DNA of 52,015 nt from assembly GCA_030615175.1 (NCBI GenBank), contig JAUWZX010000001.1, forward strand, positions 408,029-460,043, written 5' to 3'. The stretch comes from Candidatus Parvarchaeota archaeon. GTDB taxonomy: Archaea > Nanobdellota > Nanobdellia > WJKC01. The notes beneath the pieces were generated by a model. It worked only from the letters and a program-made list of their open reading frames with translations. It did no database searches and had not been told where the DNA came from. Shown piece by piece: positions 43,266 through 51,845 of this stretch (its first letter is position 1; each line of letters begins with the position of its first letter). The position numbers and the translations under genes are program-made.

Positions 43266-43658
43266 TTATATCACTACTGCTTGTCCTTTTGCTTTTTTAA
43301 TTTTTGTTTCAGCTTTCTTGGTGAATGATTTAGCAATGACTTTAAGATTTGCTTTCAGTTCGCCTTTGCCGCCGACTTTATCGTATCCTAATTTTTTAGT
43401 GTTCACTTCACTTTTTACTGCATGTTTCTCTAGGTCGCGGACATTAATTATTTTCTGTTTTTTCCTTGTAGGGTTGGTGAAGCCTTGATGTCCTAACTTA
43501 ATTTTTTTTGCAAGGTTTCTTGTTTTCTTCTGGCTTCCTGTTTTTTTTCCCATGCCAGCCATTCCTCTGCCGCCCCTGTTCCCTGCGCCTCTTCTGCGCA
43601 GGCCTGAATGGCTTTCCCTGCCTCTTTTCTTAGTGCTCTTCTTCCTGCGCCGTATCAT
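43266..43658 (-). CDS. rpl15: 50S ribosomal protein L15
   Basis: RGAGNRGGRGMAG and GYDKVGGKG; has its own TATA box at 43683-43690. Confidence 0.95.
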   Translation of the reverse strand: MIRRRKKSTKKRGRESHSGLRRRGAGNRGGRGMAGMGKKTGSQKKTRNLAKKIKLGHQGFTNPTRKKQKIINVRDLEKHAVKSEVNTKKLGYDKVGGKGELKANLKVIAKSFTKKAETKIKKAKGQAVVI

Positions 43659-43715
43659 AAAAAAAGAAGAACAAGAACGCGATTTATAAATATTATCATT
43701 TAAAAAAATTAATTT

Positions 43716-44012
43716 TTAGTTCCTTGCTTTAACGCATCTCCAGTTATGACAGTCAAGCTTGAACGAGCAGTCAACATTAGTTATGCATTCAACGCTGCAT
43801 TCGCCTTTGACTTCGCCCACATCCCTAAACTCTAAGTCCCCGTCAGAGTCCCAGTCCCTGCATTCAAGTAGTGCGTAGCCATTGCAATGCTGTTCCCCGT
43901 CTTCGCAGGCATCGCTAGTAATTATTCTGCCAGTAATGTTGCCAGTGATGTTTGCGTAGCCAAGCAGTAATAACAGTCCGAACAGAGCTAAAATAACGTA
44001 TTTAGTTTCCAT
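43716..44012 (-). CDS. Small secreted Cys-rich protein
   Basis: Signal/TM segment, ITGNITGRII, then 8 Cys. Confidence 0.7.
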   Translation of the reverse strand: METKYVILALFGLLLLLGYANITGNITGRIITSDACEDGEQHCNGYALLECRDWDSDGDLEFRDVGEVKGECSVECITNVDCSFKLDCHNWRCVKARN

Positions 44013-44190
44013 AATGATTTATTTAGTAATACTATTTTATTAAATTTTTGGTTAGTTAAAAACTTTTTAATTAAATACATCTGGAAGGCTTAATTAATAA
44101 ATAAATGGATATCATATATAAAATTTATGGGATTTTCCTATGAAATTCTTTAGTTTTTAGGCTTTTTCTTCTTGTCTTTCTTCTCTTTTA

Positions 44191-44427
44191 TTACCAACAT
44201 CCTGTCTTTTTCTTATTCTTTTTATGAATTTTAGTATGTGTTTTCCGGTCTTTGAAAACATATAAGTTTGAAGGGCTATTATCTTTTTTATCTCTATTTT
44301 TGTGGTGTACTACTTGTTTTTTGCTTAATTTGTGTCCAAATTGTTTTTCTTTAACCCACCTGCTTACAAGTTTTCCAGAATCCTTAAAACGTCTATACCC
44401 TTTTTTATCAATATAAGTTTCTGCCAT
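44191..44427 (-). CDS. Minimal HNH endonuclease-fold protein
   Basis: VVHHKNRDKKDNSPSNL...H motif in 78 aa; very basic. Confidence 0.85.
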   Translation of the reverse strand: MAETYIDKKGYRRFKDSGKLVSRWVKEKQFGHKLSKKQVVHHKNRDKKDNSPSNLYVFKDRKTHTKIHKKNKKKTGCW

Positions 44428-44483
44428 AATTAATCATTATGTATAAGTATTATTTATTTCTTCCTTTTTTAATCCTGCTTTTT

Positions 44484-44636
44484 TTAATATCTCCTTTTCT
44501 TCTTTTTAACTCGTTTTTCAATTTTGCCTGTTAAAGGATTTCTTATTCCTATTGTTTTTGTGTTTGTGTAATGGTCCACTTTTCCTGTAACTGGATTCCT
44601 TACAGCTTTTCTTTTTGTTTTCTTCTTTTTTACCAT
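44484..44636 (-). CDS. Unannotated 50-aa basic protein with two RNPxTGK repeats
   Basis: MVKKKKTKRKAVRNPVTGKVDHYTNTKTIGIRNPLTGKIEKRVKKKKRRY; SD GGAGGTGAT complementary to this genome's 16S 3' end. Confidence 0.8.
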   Translation of the reverse strand: MVKKKKTKRKAVRNPVTGKVDHYTNTKTIGIRNPLTGKIEKRVKKKKRRY

Positions 44637-44669
44637 TTTATCACCTCCTGATTTTTTATTATTTTTTTA

Positions 44670-45131
44670 TTATAAACCACCAAAATCAAATCTTCCAAGC
44701 CCGAATGGGTCTTGCTTTTTTTTCTTTTTCTTCTTAGTTATTTTTTTCTTAGTGCCAGTTGTACTCTTTTTTAATTTTCTTGACACTTTCTTCATTGCTT
44801 TAGTCCTTACTTTTCTTTTAACTACTTTTGTTTTTGAGTATCCTAACATATCTCTTGTTTTTACTCTCTTTACCTGCTTCTTTGTTATTTCACCATGGCA
44901 ATTCTTACAAATTAACCAGCAATTCTTCTGATTAATATCTGCTTCATTACCATTTTTATGATGGAATTCATATCTTCCACTTCCCCACTTTAAGGCCATT
45001 CTACACTCCCTACACTTACTTCCTGCTCTCTCCCATTCAATTTTCTTCGTAGAAATTTTGAATGCTTTACGCTTCTTAATCTTCTTACCAGTAATAAAGT
45101 CATAATTGGAAGAACCCCAACTCCTTGGCAT
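44670..45131 (-). CDS. Zn-binding HNH-fold protein with a Lys-rich tail
   Basis: CREC...EFHHKNG...NCWLICKNCH, followed by a long Lys-rich C-terminal region. Confidence 0.82.
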   Translation of the reverse strand: MPRSWGSSNYDFITGKKIKKRKAFKISTKKIEWERAGSKCRECRMALKWGSGRYEFHHKNGNEADINQKNCWLICKNCHGEITKKQVKRVKTRDMLGYSKTKVVKRKVRTKAMKKVSRKLKKSTTGTKKKITKKKKKKKQDPFGLGRFDFGGL

Positions 45132-45170
45132 GTTAAATAATAATAATTAAAAGAATTTAAGAATTGCTAT

Positions 45171-45302
45171 TTAAAACTTAACTCTTACTCTTCTCTTAGG
45201 TTTCCTTCTGGCTTTAAACTCAACTGTCTTTCCTTTCTTTGTTTTAAATTTCACTGGACGTTTAGTTTTAGTTTTTTTCCTCTTCGCTAAAAACTCAGGC
45301 AT
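45171..45302 (-). CDS. Unannotated 43-aa highly basic protein
   Basis: MPEFLAKRKKTKTKRPVKFKTKKGKTVEFKARRKPKRRVRVKF; fills the gap and is co-oriented with the HNH genes. Confidence 0.7.
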   Translation of the reverse strand: MPEFLAKRKKTKTKRPVKFKTKKGKTVEFKARRKPKRRVRVKF

Positions 45303-45493
45303 GTTATTTTAGAATCAGAACTTGGCTAAAAAACTTAGCTATATTTACTCTATGAAAAAAATTTCAAAGTCGTAAACGCAACCCCACCCTCGCTTACTCA
45401 TTTATCTTTAAGGCTACTTATTTTGATGTCTTTAATTGGTTTCTTGTTTAATGAGAACTCTTTTTAATGAATAAACCTTAGAATAATTTATTT

Positions 45494-46090
45494 ATGTCAG
45501 ATGTGCCCATATTAGCATGTAATTGCGGTAGTGGATTGACTGATTTTGGATTAACTCTGTTGGGAGGTGGTTTAGCGTTTATGGGCGGAATTAGTATTTT
45601 TCTTATAAAAAAATGGACGGATTCTATAATAGAGGAATATAACAACATAATTAAATTGTCCTCTAAATCAAAAGAATTTTTGAGAGATTATATTAATAAA
45701 TGGGAGGATATCTACGAAACAGGCAAGCCGTTATATAGTGTTTACATTAGAACCTTTGTAGAAGGAGAGATACAACTTGTTGATGAAATAATTAAAATTT
45801 TTGAATGGAACAATGAATATTATGGGATTATAAAAAGATTAAGAGAGATAAGAACCATGTTATATGCCTTTCTAACTAATACTCCTATTTATTTTATTGA
45901 AAGTAAAAGCACAAGAGTTGAAAAAAGTGAAATTAAAATTGGAGATGACATTAAAAGCGAGTGTCCCAAGGTTATAGAAGAAATAAATGGTGAGAAACTG
46001 AGATTGTTAAAGAAAAAATTAAGTAAAGAAACTAGGTTTAAAAGACAGTTTCTGAAATTACTAGTTAATGATTTAAAAAGGATTAAATAA
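45494..46090 (+). CDS. Hypothetical protein with N-terminal membrane anchor
   Basis: 198 aa, one TM segment then a helical soluble domain. Confidence 0.6.
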   Translation: MSDVPILACNCGSGLTDFGLTLLGGGLAFMGGISIFLIKKWTDSIIEEYNNIIKLSSKSKEFLRDYINKWEDIYETGKPLYSVYIRTFVEGEIQLVDEIIKIFEWNNEYYGIIKRLREIRTMLYAFLTNTPIYFIESKSTRVEKSEIKIGDDIKSECPKVIEEINGEKLRLLKKKLSKETRFKRQFLKLLVNDLKRIK

Positions 46091-46127
46091 ACCTTATTAT
46101 GGTTCATATATCACGGACTTCGACTGC

Positions 46128-46655
46128 TTAATTTTCGAGTTTATATTTATTTTGTAGAAATTTTACATAAGGATTTAAACACGTTCTTACAAATTTTCTT
46201 ATTCTTGGTTTGTCTGCAATAAAATCAGCAATCGATGGACTTACAAAATAATAGAAACTTACAAAATTTCTTCCAAAAACATTATTGGAAAGAGTTTTAT
46301 CTCTCCAAAATCTTAAAGTATCAATTTCTTTTGCAAAAGGCGTGCCATAAGCAGCAGTTGCTATAAAGCATCCTCCCTTCTTTTTAGGCACGCAAATATG
46401 ACATGCTGTTTTACCTACTTTATCATCTCTCCCCTTTCTTAATTCCCGTTCAGATAATTTTCTTGCATGAGTTGGACAATATATTTTATTACATTCTTCG
46501 CATTTTAAGACACAGTCATCACAAACCCAATCACCACACCCGGTGGATGTACACTTTCCAGCTATTTCTTTTATAGGACGATTTCTTCCACAAACATCAC
46601 ATAAACGATAATCATCAGACTTTCCAACTACATTGTCATCTTTTTGTGTAACCAT
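46128..46655 (-). CDS. Zn-finger protein with a C-terminal CFI-box domain
   Basis: Multiple CxxC/CxxH pairs, then GGCFIATAAYG...LRFWRD...GRNFVSFYYFVSPSIADFI. Confidence 0.8.
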   Translation of the reverse strand: MVTQKDDNVVGKSDDYRLCDVCGRNRPIKEIAGKCTSTGCGDWVCDDCVLKCEECNKIYCPTHARKLSERELRKGRDDKVGKTACHICVPKKKGGCFIATAAYGTPFAKEIDTLRFWRDKTLSNNVFGRNFVSFYYFVSPSIADFIADKPRIRKFVRTCLNPYVKFLQNKYKLEN

Positions 46656-46806
46656 GCAATTTCGTATTAAAAAAGACTTTATAAGTTTAACTATCTATTA
46701 AGTCTTCAACCATGATTCTATAGATTACTTTTTATGGTAAGAAATGTACCAAATAAAATTTTAAACCAAAAATTTAATAAATGTAAATACTTCAAAATTA
46801 AGAATA

Positions 46807-47673
46807 ATGAATGCAAAATTTATCCTTCCAACATGTTTATTTGGTTTGTTGTTAATTGTTGGATGTACAGGCTTAACAGGCGGGGCGGTTACTGGTAAAA
46901 CGATTACTTGCAACAGCCCTTACATACTTGTTGGTGATGCTTGCTGTTTAGATGAGAATCATAATAGTGTCTGTGATAAAGATGAATCAATAACTGAGTG
47001 TATTAATAATGATGGTACTTGTCCAAGCAGTTGTTATGCAACTAATGATAATGATTGTACTAATTGCCCAACTAATCAAGTTTATAGTCAGGGAACTTGT
47101 GTTACTCCAGATTGTTCAAGAAATTCGGATTGTTATGATGGAAATTCTTGCACAAAAGATATTTGCAAAAATATGGAGCAATCTAACGCATACTGTTCAA
47201 ATATAGCAATAATTCCTTGCTGTGGTAATACGATATGTGAAGAAGTAGAAGCATACTCAAATTGTCCAAATGACTGCGAAAAACCAATGCCGATTTTAAA
47301 TATTATGTTTGAAAACTGTGATACTGGTTTTGACCTCTTTAATTTAATGGGAGAAGTAACAAATGTTTATATTAAATTAAAAAATATTGGAAATGCAAAA
47401 GCAACTAATGTTGTTTTAACCGCTTACGCTAATGATGAAGATAACGTTCATCCTGATAAAACAAAAACTGTAGGAATTGTTATGCCAGGAGACGTTATAG
47501 AAGGGATAAAACTTACAGTAGATACATTGTCTAATACTAAAACGACTGTAAGAGTTAGAGTTACAACGAATGAAGGCGTGGGGGGAGAAATAGAAGATAG
47601 TGGTTGTGTAATTGATAAAGACCAAATAACTTTAATTGGAGAACAAATTTGGAAATTGATACCTTTTATTTAA
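46807..47673 (+). CDS. Cys-rich surface lipoprotein with a C-terminal Ig/CARDB-like domain
   Basis: Lipobox IVGC, CNSPYILVGDACCLDENHNSVCD, CGNTICE...CPNDC and LKNIGNAKATNV. Confidence 0.75.
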   Translation: MNAKFILPTCLFGLLLIVGCTGLTGGAVTGKTITCNSPYILVGDACCLDENHNSVCDKDESITECINNDGTCPSSCYATNDNDCTNCPTNQVYSQGTCVTPDCSRNSDCYDGNSCTKDICKNMEQSNAYCSNIAIIPCCGNTICEEVEAYSNCPNDCEKPMPILNIMFENCDTGFDLFNLMGEVTNVYIKLKNIGNAKATNVVLTAYANDEDNVHPDKTKTVGIVMPGDVIEGIKLTVDTLSNTKTTVRVRVTTNEGVGGEIEDSGCVIDKDQITLIGEQIWKLIPFI

Positions 47674-47753
47674 CAATCTAAATGATTTAAATGACAAAAA
47701 TAATGCCTAAAAGAATACCTTTGTCTAAAGTATTGAATTCTTTTAGTTAAGAC

Positions 47754-48185
47754 TTAAATAAATTCGCACTTGTCAAGATTAAGCCCCATTAATGAACTCT
47801 TTATTCTACACGTAAATGAAATTTGGTCATGTTCAGAAAGTGAAAGTAACTGTTCTGAATAATCATCATCGAAATACAATGTTACAAACATAAAAGCATA
47901 TTCATTGGTTGGGTCTCTTAAGGTTACATAATAAGTGTCCCATATTGATTTATCAACTCCTTTTATGATACCAGTCCCGTTTATCCACTTTCCTTTATTA
48001 TTATCAACAATATTTTCTTTTTGTAAGTCAGTATATGTTGATTCCAACCAAAAATATCTTTCAAGAGTGTTCCAAGATATAGATGTATAAGTTTTTTTGC
48101 TTCCTTGTGAAGAATAAGCAGACCTGCCTGTTGTGCAACCAGCTAATAATACTATTCCTAAAATCATTAGGTAAACTTTTTTCAT
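47754..48185 (-). CDS. Lipoprotein with probable OB fold
   Basis: Lipobox LAGC; KGKWINGTGIIKGV...DQISFTCRI pattern. Confidence 0.7.
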   Translation of the reverse strand: MKKVYLMILGIVLLAGCTTGRSAYSSQGSKKTYTSISWNTLERYFWLESTYTDLQKENIVDNNKGKWINGTGIIKGVDKSIWDTYYVTLRDPTNEYAFMFVTLYFDDDYSEQLLSLSEHDQISFTCRIKSSLMGLNLDKCEFI

Positions 48186-48208
48186 AATATTCTCACGTCA
48201 CTTATTAT

Positions 48209-48415
48209 TTACTCATTTTTTGGTACTACAGCAATTACTATTAATCCTAAAAAACCTAATAACGTGCCTACGATAAACCATCCAAATTGACTTCTGTTTT
48301 TAGTTCCTGCTATATATGCGCAAATTATTCCAAATATGAACCACGCTATTACAACGTAAATAAAAATGGATGAAATAAATCCTACAGTTACCATACCAAT
48401 AATGTCTGTGGTCAC
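48209..48415 (-). CDS. Small membrane protein
   Basis: IAGTKNRSQFGWFIVGTLLGFLGLIVIAVVP; GTG start. Confidence 0.7.
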   Translation of the reverse strand: MTTDIIGMVTVGFISSIFIYVVIAWFIFGIICAYIAGTKNRSQFGWFIVGTLLGFLGLIVIAVVPKNE

Positions 48416-48744
48416 AATTTCTTTAAATAATTACTTGCATTTAAATATTTACCGGTCTTTTTAGATAGTGTCTTCAGAACTCCACAGACAAATGCTAAAG
48501 CAATTCGCGATTGCATATGGGATTCTGAAACGTCTAGCAAGGTCGCAATACTGAGAAAACGGGTTACTTTAATTAAATAAGTTAAGGTATCTATTTATGT
48601 TAAAACATTCTATTAGGATAGCGTTTTTTATGCTCTATTAGGAAACTTGATTTTTGCCAATAAAAGTGATGATTTTTATAAAATCCAGGAAAAATTTTAA
48701 TTAATCGCAAAGTATTTATAACAGAGTTTTTACTTTAAAGCAAT

Positions 48745-49338
48745 ATGAATAAGGCATATTTAGTGCTTTTAGGATTAGTAATTCTTGTAGGCTGTACTGG
48801 TATAACAGGTGAATCTATTAAAGAAGATTGTCCTGCTTGTGATAGTTGCTGTCCTCAAGACACCACGCCATACACTTCATGTGATAGTTGTTGTTCTGCT
48901 TGTGAGCCTGAAATCTTATATAAATATGTTTGTATAAATAGAAGTATAGTTTACAATGAATCGGATTGTTATTCAATTTTTAATCTTAATAGAGCAAAAA
49001 TAGACATTCCTTCATTATTAGTTGATGGATATTCTATTAAATCAGTAAATAAAATAATTTATAGTGATGGCTTATTTGAGATAGAAATTAGTTATGGTAA
49101 TTGGGTGATGAGAATTCTTAAGGAAGGTATGTTTACTACACTAAAAGAACTAACTAATTACTTAAATACAAAAGATATTGATGTTCAAAATATAAAAATC
49201 GTTTTCATTACTCCTATGGGTGGAGTATTAAGAGGCATAACCACTTGGAACACTGCCTTAGATATACTTGCATTAAATATAGGTTATGAAGATTGGACTG
49301 CCATTGCAATCTTTGAATCAAAGGATATTAGTGTGTAA
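48745..49338 (+). CDS. Lipoprotein with a duplicated CDSCC motif
   Basis: Lipobox LVGC, CPACDSCC...SCDSCCSAC. Confidence 0.7.
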   Translation: MNKAYLVLLGLVILVGCTGITGESIKEDCPACDSCCPQDTTPYTSCDSCCSACEPEILYKYVCINRSIVYNESDCYSIFNLNRAKIDIPSLLVDGYSIKSVNKIIYSDGLFEIEISYGNWVMRILKEGMFTTLKELTNYLNTKDIDVQNIKIVFITPMGGVLRGITTWNTALDILALNIGYEDWTAIAIFESKDISV

Positions 49339-49525
49339 ATGATAAAAAAAGGAATTTCTGCGTAAGATTTAGTAAATCATTCTTAAACTTGGTTATTTGA
49401 TTGTGGCTCTATAAAACTTAATTAGACGGCTCGGAATTAGGTTTTAACCCTCATTTTTTTGAGAAATCAATGAAACTGGTTGAAAAATAAAAGGTTTATA
49501 ATATGAAACAATCTTCATTTTTAAT

Positions 49526-49888
49526 ATGGATGACATAGTTTCCGCCGATAAGGAAATCATTGGTAATGGAGTTTTTATTACATTTAATGAAGAACCTTGC
49601 ACAATTATACTTGAAAAACATAAAAATGTAAAGATTGAAATCCATTTTGCAGAAGATGATTCTAAAGAACAAAAAGTTTCTTGGGGGGGTAAGAATAATA
49701 ATTCGGTGTTAAAGATTAAATTTTTAAATTTTAATAACGTTTTTGGAAATAGTTCAATTGAACATTTAAATTTGGGGGTTTTGAATAACAGAGCATTCTT
49801 TGGAAGGTTTATAGTTTCTAAGTTACCTAAGGGTTCCTTTTATGAAGTAATATACACATTCTATTTAGGTGATAACGTTGGTCATTAA
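49526..49888 (+). CDS. Hypothetical all-beta protein (resembles DUF6864, unverified)
   Basis: NFNNVFG...R...YTFYLG pattern recalled from that family. Confidence 0.55.
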   Translation: MDDIVSADKEIIGNGVFITFNEEPCTIILEKHKNVKIEIHFAEDDSKEQKVSWGGKNNNSVLKIKFLNFNNVFGNSSIEHLNLGVLNNRAFFGRFIVSKLPKGSFYEVIYTFYLGDNVGH

Positions 49889-50156
49889 GTTGTCTAAAGG
49901 TTCTGCTGTTAGTGCGAGTGATTTAAAAGACTTAAAGAAAATTGAAGCAGGGCAATTAGGAAAATTTTTTGGATGTGGTGTTGATTCTGTTAAGAATATA
50001 CTGGGTCTTGTATTAATTTCTTTTTCCGTTACAATTCTTATAATAATATTATTAGTAACAGAATTTAATGAGAAAATTGAATTAATAAAGACTTTAAGTC
50101 CTATAATTGCCCTTATTATTGGTTACTTGGCTGGGAAAAAAATGAGTGAAGTTTAA
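49878..50156 (+). CDS. Two-TM membrane protein coupled to the upstream gene
   Basis: SD AGGTGAT before TTG at 49878; GQLGKFFG, two TM helices, IGYLAG. Confidence 0.65.
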   Translation: MVIKLSKGSAVSASDLKDLKKIEAGQLGKFFGCGVDSVKNILGLVLISFSVTILIIILLVTEFNEKIELIKTLSPIIALIIGYLAGKKMSEV

Positions 50157-50236
50157 CAAACCAATATAAACAAGGGTTAATTTCTAATAAGCAAACCTTC
50201 GCGGTTTAATTAAAAAGTCTTTTTTATATTTTTGGT

Positions 50237-50680
50237 TTAAATCATTTTCAGTAGTAATTCATTAATTTTTTCTCCGCGCGGTCCTAACGCTCCTCTCGGG
50301 TAATCAAACTTGATTCCGAGTTTCTCAAATCCTTTCTTAGGAGGCTTGAGCCTGAACACGAGTTTAATACCTTTATCAGGCAACTTTGCCTTGCCGGCAA
50401 GGAAGTCCTTAACGAATTCATCTAATTCCTTATCAGTCATTAAGACTCGTTTATTGCCTGAAAGTCTGCCGCGCTTAATGATTAATTTCTTAAGCACTGC
50501 TTCATTAATGAGTCCGTAAGTAACCCAGTGACGAACCTTATTAATCATTCCTTTATTCACCGGAGAGTCATTAAGGAATACTAAATGATTCCTTCTATGC
50601 AACCTTAACATTGCAAGAGTATCCTTATGCTCCTTCCTAATCTTGAATCCGCCCCTAACTCTAATAACAGCAATCATCAC
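50237..50680 (-). CDS. rpl30: 50S ribosomal protein L30 (uL30)
   Basis: IAVIRVRG, TLAMLRL and FRLKPPKKG. Confidence 0.96.
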   Translation of the reverse strand: MMIAVIRVRGGFKIRKEHKDTLAMLRLHRRNHLVFLNDSPVNKGMINKVRHWVTYGLINEAVLKKLIIKRGRLSGNKRVLMTDKELDEFVKDFLAGKAKLPDKGIKLVFRLKPPKKGFEKLGIKFDYPRGALGPRGEKINELLLKMI

Positions 50681-51363
50681 TTATCACAACCAGACTTCTT
50701 CATGAATTCATCAGTAATAATAGTGCTTTGAAGACTTTTTAAAGCCTTAATAGTAGCGTAAATCAAGTTAATAGCAGTTCTAGTCTGACCCTTAGACCAT
50801 GACCACACGTCCTTAATGCCTGCAAGGTTAAGAATTTTCTTAACTTCACCATGAATGCATAAGCCAACGCCCTTAGGTGCAGGCATTAATTTAATAACAG
50901 TGCTCCCTGTCTTCCCAGTAACTGTGAATGGAATGGAATGACGCGCACCGCAACCGCACTCCCAACTACCGCACCCCCGCCTAACCTTGAAAATTGATAA
51001 TTTAGCATTACGCAAAGCCTTCTCGCGTGCAGGAACTGTTTCCCTGCTCTTGCCAATCCCAACGCCTATAATTCCATTCCTATTACCAACCACTGCCATT
51101 GTGGAGAACTTCATTCTATGACCATCCTTAGTTTTCTTCTGAGTATTCCTGAAAGCCCTTCTCTTGCCTCCGCCGAACTTCCCTTTGGCTTGTCCAATAA
51201 GAATTAAATCAGATTCAAGGTCAGGAAGCAACTTGTTAATTATTTCAACTTCCTTAATCTGAATTCCCTTATCAATTATTTCATTAATATCCTTAATCTC
51301 GCCTGCCTTAACTTTCCGCCCAATAATAGTTTTAGGCATCCATTCAATTCTTTCCTCAATCAC
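50677..51363 (-). CDS. rps5: 30S ribosomal protein S5
   Basis: WMPKT, RRGCGSWEC and PAPKGVG. Confidence 0.97.
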   Translation of the reverse strand: MIEERIEWMPKTIIGRKVKAGEIKDINEIIDKGIQIKEVEIINKLLPDLESDLILIGQAKGKFGGGKRRAFRNTQKKTKDGHRMKFSTMAVVGNRNGIIGVGIGKSRETVPAREKALRNAKLSIFKVRRGCGSWECGCGARHSIPFTVTGKTGSTVIKLMPAPKGVGLCIHGEVKKILNLAGIKDVWSWSKGQTRTAINLIYATIKALKSLQSTIITDEFMKKSGCDK

Positions 51364-51845
51364 TTTTTAACACCTCCAATCATACTCTTCTTGGCTTTGT
51401 TGAAAGAGTCTTTTAAGCGCTCTCCCTCAACGCGTTCAACTGATGGCAGTATTTTCTTATCATGACGAATCCTTACTCCTGAATCAATGAATCCTTTAAG
51501 AGCTGCATACATCCGGCCGCCTTTTTGAGTAGTATGTAATCCAGTGTCAAGCACTGCTTCCTTAACACCATTCTTCTTAGCGATTAATCCGCATTCGAGG
51601 CCGGCAAGGTAAGCGCTAGGCAAGTTCTTGCCTCCTTTAAAGCCATACTTGCTTAACTTCTTTGAATTAAAAGCGCTGATTGTTAAATCACCATTAACCT
51701 TGAACTTAATTACTTGACAGTTAACATATTTATTGCTAATCCTTACAATGAATCGCGGCTTGCCTGAACTAACAAGTCTAAACCTTTTACTGTAATTAGT
51801 CCTGCCCTGCCTGCGCCTCTTGTAAGGAACTCTTTTTTGAACCAT
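51360..51845 (-). CDS. rpl18: 50S ribosomal protein L18
   Basis: RRRQGRTNY, NLPSAYLAG and LDTGL. Confidence 0.96.
   Translation of the reverse strand: MVQKRVPYKRRRQGRTNYSKRFRLVSSGKPRFIVRISNKYVNCQVIKFKVNGDLTISAFNSKKLSKYGFKGGKNLPSAYLAGLECGLIAKKNGVKEAVLDTGLHTTQKGGRMYAALKGFIDSGVRIRHDKKILPSVERVEGERLKDSFNKAKKSMIGGVKK

Larger units (their letters stand above)
43700..50230. other. AT-rich accessory island interrupting the rpl30-rpl15 junction
   Basis: Thirteen short non-core ORFs in mixed orientation between genes that are normally adjacent; no integrase or att site seen. Confidence 0.8.

Noticed and set aside
44150..44200. 16-codon basic ORF MLVIKEKKDKKKKPKN overlapping the HNH stop
   Set aside because: Too short, and expected by chance in A-rich sequence.
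43700..50230. Integron cassette array or provirus as the explanation for the island
   Set aside because: Orientation is mixed and there is no integrase, capsid, terminase or flanking direct repeat. RYYYAAC at two stop codons (47673, 50156) has no matching complementary GTTRRRY box.
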